Source of the DNA: Acidobacteriota bacterium
GTDB lineage: Bacteria; Acidobacteriota; UBA6911; RPQK01; JADFOI01
Reading direction: 5' to 3'
Assembly: GCA_963663035.1 (NCBI GenBank)
Contig: OY760074.1
Span: 2,432,001 to 2,496,000, forward strand
DNA: 64,000 nt
The notes beneath the pieces are model-generated. The model had not been told where the DNA came from and did not search any database. It saw nothing but the letters and a program-made list of their open reading frames with translations. The position numbers were made by a program, and so were the translations under genes. The first letter of the stretch is position 1; the number at the start of each line of letters is the position of its first letter. This document shows, one piece after another, positions 58,761 to 64,000 of this stretch.

Positions 58761-58845
58761 GCTGTGCCTCGACGCACACCGAAGGCCACAAACAAGATAT
58801 GAGAATGAAGAAAGAAAGCGTCCTGGCTAAACTATCTCGTACCAT
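58761..58845 (-). pseudogene. N-terminal signal-peptide stub of an exported protein truncated by the IS
   Basis: GGAGG RBS, then MVRDSLARTLSFFILISCLWPSVCVEAQ running directly into the IS end. Confidence 0.6.
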
Positions 58846-58983
58846 AGCTCTACCTCCAAGGTGGAGTCGGTGTTTGAATAATAGGTAACGGAAATTCCAA
58901 CTGTGCACACCACCCCGTTTCGAGAAATCATACCTCAGAATACCGACATCTAGGGGGGGGATGCAGGGGACGGTTGCTTGACA

Positions 58984-60168
58984 CTAACTTGCTGCTGGTA
59001 ATTGACTGTAGGTAATCGCCTTGGTGATATGACGAGAGGGAGTGATCACCAAATCCAGTTCTTGCTCGTTTTTTACCGGTTTTCCCTGGCTGTCGTAAAG
59101 CATCTGGATCTTAGGACGCAGCAGGTTACCGGGGTTGACGTCGATGACTCTGGCTATTTCCCCTGTGTTCAGGAGCACGTACTCATTGAAAGGATAGAGG
59201 GAAAAACTTTTCAACGCCGCCTTGACTATCTTATCGGCAAAACGTCTCGTCGCTCCCGAGGTTAACTCGTGAAATAATTGATATCCGGTCAAAGCCCGAC
59301 GATAGGGGCGCTCGTGGATGCAAGCCTCCAGAACATCGGCGATACCCAATATTTGAGCTTCTTCACGGATCTCTCCTCCTTTGAGCCCCTTGGGGCATCC
59401 CGACCCATCCTCCCGCTCATACACTTGTCCTACCGTTTCCACAAGCCAGGCGTACTCGGAGCCCATCCTTCCTAAAATCTCCGCGCTGTAGACAGGCCGC
59501 AGCCGCACTTCCTGATCCACCTCTCCGCGCTGATGCAGCAACTGCCTGGAGATCTTCACCACCCCAATCTCGTGCAACAGTGCAGCCAAGCCCACCTTGA
59601 TTCTCTCTTTCTGACCGTAATCCAGGCTCTCTGCAATGCGTAATCCCAAAATGGCCACGTTCACGCAATGAGTACTCACAGCAAACTCCTGTATCCTGTT
59701 CGTCGCTGCAAGAAGTAGACTCGAATTCTTCGACATCAACTCGTCGAGTTGTTGGACCAACTGTATCCCTCGCTCAAGATTAGGGAGTTGGTTCTTTTCA
59801 GCCTCACAGATCGTTTCCAGAACGTAGAGGGTCGCGCCTTGGTAAAGTTCTTCGGTTTCGTTCTCAGCTTCCCCTTCAGGCGAGTCTCTCTTGCCTTTCA
59901 GAAAATCCTGCGACTCAAACTCGGTGAGTTCTTCTTGGGAAATTTTGTCAGGGAGACAGGTTTCACTGGTGTCCTCGCGCTGCTCCTCAGGGGTTGCCTG
60001 CCGGGCGGAGCCTGAACGAAAGTCCTCAAGAATATCTTCAATCCCATCAACTGCTTCCCCGTCAGAGTACAGCTTCTGCTGTGAACCGAGTTTCTGGCGA
60101 TACTCTTCCAGATACTCCTCGATTCTCTGTTCTTTCGACCGGTTCGCTGTGGTTCTTTCCTGGACCAT
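58984..60168 (-). CDS. Degenerate HD-GYP domain protein
   Basis: HCVNVA, LLHEIG, YEREDGSGCP.GL, IADVLEA, RPYR, C-terminal YP...V.LNTGEIA.V; acidic N-terminus. Confidence 0.85.
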   Translation of the reverse strand: MVQERTTANRSKEQRIEEYLEEYRQKLGSQQKLYSDGEAVDGIEDILEDFRSGSARQATPEEQREDTSETCLPDKISQEELTEFESQDFLKGKRDSPEGEAENETEELYQGATLYVLETICEAEKNQLPNLERGIQLVQQLDELMSKNSSLLLAATNRIQEFAVSTHCVNVAILGLRIAESLDYGQKERIKVGLAALLHEIGVVKISRQLLHQRGEVDQEVRLRPVYSAEILGRMGSEYAWLVETVGQVYEREDGSGCPKGLKGGEIREEAQILGIADVLEACIHERPYRRALTGYQLFHELTSGATRRFADKIVKAALKSFSLYPFNEYVLLNTGEIARVIDVNPGNLLRPKIQMLYDSQGKPVKNEQELDLVITPSRHITKAITYSQLPAAS

Positions 60169-60476
60169 CAAGTCTTCCCCAGTTTCCAAACCGGGCCTCG
60201 AGCAACACTGCGGCCGAGGTAAATCCCGGCTACAAATTGCTTTTAAAACCTATAGAAGTGTAACAAATATCAGGAGTTTTCGGAACACGAAAGGACTTTG
60301 GAAGGATGACTGCGGTCCTCTATTCTGGCTTGAAAACCTGGCTTGAAAATCCTCCAGTCTTCAGTGGTGACGAGCTGTCGGATATGGTTATAATGATCAT
60401 GAGCACCCGGTTGGGTCCGTACAATGACGTTTGCTGATGGAGATTGCCAGGCGATGTCGAGAAGGGGGTCACTGAG

Positions 60477-61463
60477 ATGCCTAAAACAGCACTCATTACC
60501 GGAATCACTGGTCAGGACGGGTCCTATCTGGCGGAGTTTCTCCTGGAGAGGGGATACCGAGTGGTGGGAATGGTTCGCCGCTCCAGCACCGAAAACTTCG
60601 AGCGAATCGAGTGCTTGCAAGAAAAGATTGAACTGCGTCAGGCCGATTTGCTCGATCAACTGTCCCTGATCAATCTCATTGACGAAGTCCAGCCGGATGA
60701 AGTTTACAACTTAGCCGCTCAGTCCTTTGTTCCAACCTCCTGGGAACAACCGGTGCTCACCGGTGAATTCACCGCTCTAGGAGTCACTCGAATGCTGGAA
60801 GCCATTCGCCTGCTGAACCGGAAGATCAGGTTTTATCAGGCCTCCAGTAGTGAGATGTTCGGGAAAGTTGCTGAAACACCGCAAAGTGAGAAGACACCTT
60901 TTTATCCCCGAAGCCCTTATGGTGTGGCCAAGGTCTACAGGCATTTCATCACCGTAAACTACCGGGAAAGCTATGATCTGTTCGCTTGTTCAGGCATTCT
61001 CTTTAACCACGAATCGCCTCGTCGAGGAAGAGAGTTCGTGACTCGAAAGGTCAGCCACCAGGTGGCCAGAATAAAACATGAACTAGAGAACGAGCTGAAC
61101 TTAGGGAACCTGCAAGCGACTCGAGATTGGGGCTACGCCGGTGACTACGTGAAGGCCATGTGGTTAATGCTTCAACAGGATGGTCCTGATGATTACGTGG
61201 TGGGGACAGGTGAAACACTTAGTGTGCAGGAGTTAGTCGAGATCGCTTTCACTCATGCCGGACTGGATTGGGAGAAACACGTCAAGCTCGATCCCAGCTT
61301 GATCCGCCCGGCCGAGGTGGATCACCTGGTAGCCGACCCCAGTAAAGCGAAAAAAAACCTGAAGTGGGAGGCTACGGTCAGTTTTGAGGAACTGGTGAAG
61401 ATGATGGTGGACGCCGACATTGAAAGAGTGGGGAGGGGGGTCACTGCTGGAACCGAGGCATGA
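60477..61463 (+). CDS. gmd: GDP-mannose 4,6-dehydratase
   Basis: [43 protein letters not shown]. Confidence 0.95.
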   Translation: MPKTALITGITGQDGSYLAEFLLERGYRVVGMVRRSSTENFERIECLQEKIELRQADLLDQLSLINLIDEVQPDEVYNLAAQSFVPTSWEQPVLTGEFTALGVTRMLEAIRLLNRKIRFYQASSSEMFGKVAETPQSEKTPFYPRSPYGVAKVYRHFITVNYRESYDLFACSGILFNHESPRRGREFVTRKVSHQVARIKHELENELNLGNLQATRDWGYAGDYVKAMWLMLQQDGPDDYVVGTGETLSVQELVEIAFTHAGLDWEKHVKLDPSLIRPAEVDHLVADPSKAKKNLKWEATVSFEELVKMMVDADIERVGRGVTAGTEA

Positions 61464-61466
61464 GGT

Positions 61467-62426
61467 ATGAGGTGTTTCATCACCGGCCTCACTGGTTTCG
61501 CGGGGGCCTATCTTGCCAGTCACCTGGCGAGTCAGGGAGCCGAGGTGACTGGCATTGGACTAGGAGCCCGGCCCGAGGCACCTGTCCCAGCTGTCGAGTG
61601 CGACCTTCTGGACTTCGACAAAACGGCTCGTCTCATCGGAGACTTTGGACCTGATCAGGTCTATCACCTGGCAGCTCTGACCAATCCCTCAGAATCCTTG
61701 AAAAGGCCTCGGGAATATTATCAGGTCAATGTTCAAGGCACACTGAATCTCCTGGACGCCCTGTGGCAGCAGCAGATCGACGCCAGGATCTTGCTGGTGA
61801 GTTCTTCCCAGGTCTATGGGAAGGCTTCGCCCGGTGTTTTGATCTCAGAAGAATCTCCTCTGGAACCCAACAACCCGTATGCATCCTCCAAAAGGCTCAG
61901 TGAAGAGATTGGGCTGCAATATCGGAAACACTTTGCCTCTCGAGTCGTTATAACCCGCCCCTTCAACCACACAGGACCTGGACAATCACAAGCTTTCGTC
62001 ATCTCAGACTTTTGCAGACAAATTGCCATGCGAGAGCAGGAGGCAGCCCGCTCGGGTAAGAGTGATCAGAAAATGTTGGTGGGAAATCTCAATTCAACGG
62101 TAGATTTTCTGGACGTTCGCGACGTGGTACGAGCATACACAGGCCTCGCCGCAAAAGGAGTGGAGGGGGAAACTTACAATATCTGCTCGGGGGTGGGAAC
62201 TCAGATCAGTGAGATACTTGATGCAGCGATCAATCTCACCGAGCTGAATCTGGAACTGGAGGTTTCTTCCAGTAAGTCTCGCAAAAGGGACGAGGGGTGG
62301 CTAGTGGGCGACAATCAAAAATTGCGTTCCATTCTCGACTGGACTCCTCAGTACTCCCTGCGGCAGACTATCCAGGACACACTCAACGCCTGGAGAGCTG
62401 TTGTGAAGAAGGAAAATTCTTCCTAG
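61467..62426 (+). CDS. rmd: GDP-4-keto-6-deoxy-D-mannose reductase-like SDR
   Basis: TGLTGFAG, PYASSK, RPFNHTGPGQ, GNL...DFLDVRD; adjacent to gmd. Confidence 0.82.
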   Translation: MRCFITGLTGFAGAYLASHLASQGAEVTGIGLGARPEAPVPAVECDLLDFDKTARLIGDFGPDQVYHLAALTNPSESLKRPREYYQVNVQGTLNLLDALWQQQIDARILLVSSSQVYGKASPGVLISEESPLEPNNPYASSKRLSEEIGLQYRKHFASRVVITRPFNHTGPGQSQAFVISDFCRQIAMREQEAARSGKSDQKMLVGNLNSTVDFLDVRDVVRAYTGLAAKGVEGETYNICSGVGTQISEILDAAINLTELNLELEVSSSKSRKRDEGWLVGDNQKLRSILDWTPQYSLRQTIQDTLNAWRAVVKKENSS

Positions 62427-62582
62427 CCCGCATTATGAATAGGTTTTCGTAGCGAAGTGGCGCAAGCGCCGCGATGACAAGGCGTGTGAGGGGTACCCGC
62501 TTGCGGGGCGCAAGGAAACACAACGACGTCAGCGCGGATGATTGCGACACTGTAGCAGAAAATTTATTCATACTGCGGGCTA
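62424..62582. mobile_element. RPE1-like MITE, 159-bp copy
   Basis: TAGCCCGCATTATGAATA ... TATTCATACTGCGGGCTA; collinear with 49786-49983 minus an internal hairpin. Confidence 0.8.
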
Positions 62583-63365
62583 AAAGACCTGTTTGATGAT
62601 CTCATGGTCCACCATCTGGACTTGCTGATTGGCTCCCTCCAGAAGACATAAACCGCAGAGATTATTGATGCGGCGCGCGATCCCTTGGCTGATTTCATGG
62701 ATTAAGTAAAGCGCTGCATCAGAAAAAACCTCCTTGTCACAGCCCGCAGTCTTCAGGCGATACTTGATATAACCTACCGTATCCTGGTCATCAAAGCGCT
62801 CAAGCTGAAACTTGGTAGCGATCCTCTCAGTAAGATGCGGATGGTCCTTCAAATGTTCCAGCAACTCAGGCTGTCCCACCAGGTGGATATTCAAAAGAGG
62901 CCGATCCTCCAGTTGCAGATAGAGCAGTGAACGCAGCTCCTCGAAAACCTTAGGGTCATCGATAATCTGTGCCTCGTCAATGATGAGAATATTTCTCTTT
63001 TTACTGGCCAGGTTTCGATAAAAAAAACGTAAGAGCTCCTGAAAACAGTCACTTCGATTGGGTTGCTCATCTTCTTGCCCAAATTAGCGAAGAATCTCCT
63101 CCAAGAACTCTTCCCCCTGAAAGATAGGATAGTCAATTAAAGCCACCTCATAGTGGCTTGCATCCAGGTTCTGGATCACGGTGCGAATAAGATGAGTCTT
63201 CCCGCACCCATATTCCCCCGTCAATAAGGCACACCCTTTCTCTTCGCTGAGTGCACTAAAAAGCTTGCTCAGCGCTTCCCGATGTTGCTTGGATGCGTAT
63301 AGAAAACGTGGGTCGGGGGTGTTTTCGAAGGGCGGCTCCTTTAAATTCCAGTAATCGAGATACAT
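62580..63365 (-). pseudogene. ExeA/GspA-like AAA ATPase with a premature TAA at 63086-63084
   Basis: PF..TPDP.F, GEYGCGKT; reading through the stop gives IIDEAQ, LVGQPEL and GIARRIN in the same frame. Confidence 0.9.
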
Positions 63366-63427
63366 GCCGCAGTTTACTCTTGGCCCGACCTGAGGAGGGG
63401 AATGTGGGGACAACCCACTCGTTCCTC

Positions 63428-63455
63428 TAGCCGGGATTATGCATCATCCCGGCTA
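63428..63455. mobile_element. Minimal 28-bp deletion derivative of the MITE
   Basis: TAGCCGGGATTATGCATCATCCCGGCTA consists of the two TIRs fused. Confidence 0.65.
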
Positions 63456-63496
63456 GCAGCAGTTTAGCAGTTTCACGATCAACGAGCATAAATCTC

Positions 63497-64000
63497 TCAC
63501 GGGATACCGCCTACCTTCTTGATTTTTCCATCTCGTGTGAGCGTGTATCCCTCCGGCAGAGTGTCTTCAATCTTGGGACGAAAACCTTTCACACTCCAAC
63601 CCGTTTCGGCAAAGCGTTCCAGAATATGGCTGCGTACCCGCGGCCGCTCCTCGGAATCCAAATAACACTCCAGGGCCTCCTGGCGCGCCTGGTCTTCAGA
63701 CCGGTCGAGAAAATAGTCCAGAGCCGCCAGCCGAACGTCGTCCGCCTCATCCCCCAGAAAGAGCCTTACCGTATCCACCAGCTGGGAGGACTGAACCTCC
63801 AACAATCGGATCAATTGCGCGGTGGGATCAGAGCTGGCAGGCGGACTGTCCCAGTGGTCACGCAAAATCTCGCTCATCTTTTCGGTAAACTCCTCTTCCG
63901 TCACGGTCTCTCTCAGAGCTCTCATGGCCCAATAGACTTGTCTCTCTCTTTTCAGGAACTGAATGAGGGGCGGCACCGCTCTCTCACCCATGTGGACAAT
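63497..64000 (-). CDS. HEAT-repeat protein, 5' part outside the window
   Basis: GERAVPPLI..L, DDVRLAAL; the frame stays open to the window end. Confidence 0.7.
   Translation of the reverse strand: MVHMGERAVPPLIQFLKRERQVYWAMRALRETVTEEEFTEKMSEILRDHWDSPPASSDPTAQLIRLLEVQSSQLVDTVRLFLGDEADDVRLAALDYFLDRSEDQARQEALECYLDSEERPRVRSHILERFAETGWSVKGFRPKIEDTLPEGYTLTRDGKIKKVGGIP

Overview
Bacterial chromosomal window; gene style suggests Acidobacteriota (inference, not proven). 1-18 kb is mostly core genome: two ECF sigma/zinc-finger anti-sigma pairs, M23 peptidase, tmRNA, coaE, uvrA, polA, plsC, M24 peptidase and an RHH-PIN toxin-antitoxin pair, with heptamer tandem-repeat arrays and REP-like palindromes in the intergenic spaces. 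About 16.5-63.4 kb is a very large Wzx/Wzy-type surface-polysaccharide locus: WecA-like initiator, a complete and a partial WbpB/E/D/I-type diacetamido-uronate pathway, Wzx, Wzy/WaaL, Wzc, Gmd/Rmd, many GT4s in tandem duplicate pairs, two AsnB amidotransferases, four SAM methyltransferases, a B12 radical SAM enzyme and two GT-C membrane transferases. The locus carries several independent lesions: TGA at a conserved Trp, an 8-bp duplication frameshift in wzy, an IS3-associated deletion of most of wza, and TAA in an ExeA-like ATPase. Best novelty candidates: (i) an unannotated structured, GGA-rich small RNA behind a sigma54/IHF-like promoter (~1105-1310); (ii) composite heptamer arrays that flank coaE and the TA module as inverted repeats; (iii) an ECF operon with a catalytically dead HtrA-like PDZ protein; (iv) a duplicated 68-bp divergent control element bracketing a glycan module; (v) an RPE1-like MITE family of 198, 159 and 28 bp. 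All calls were made by eye from the sequence and ORF track; no database searches or folding programs were run.
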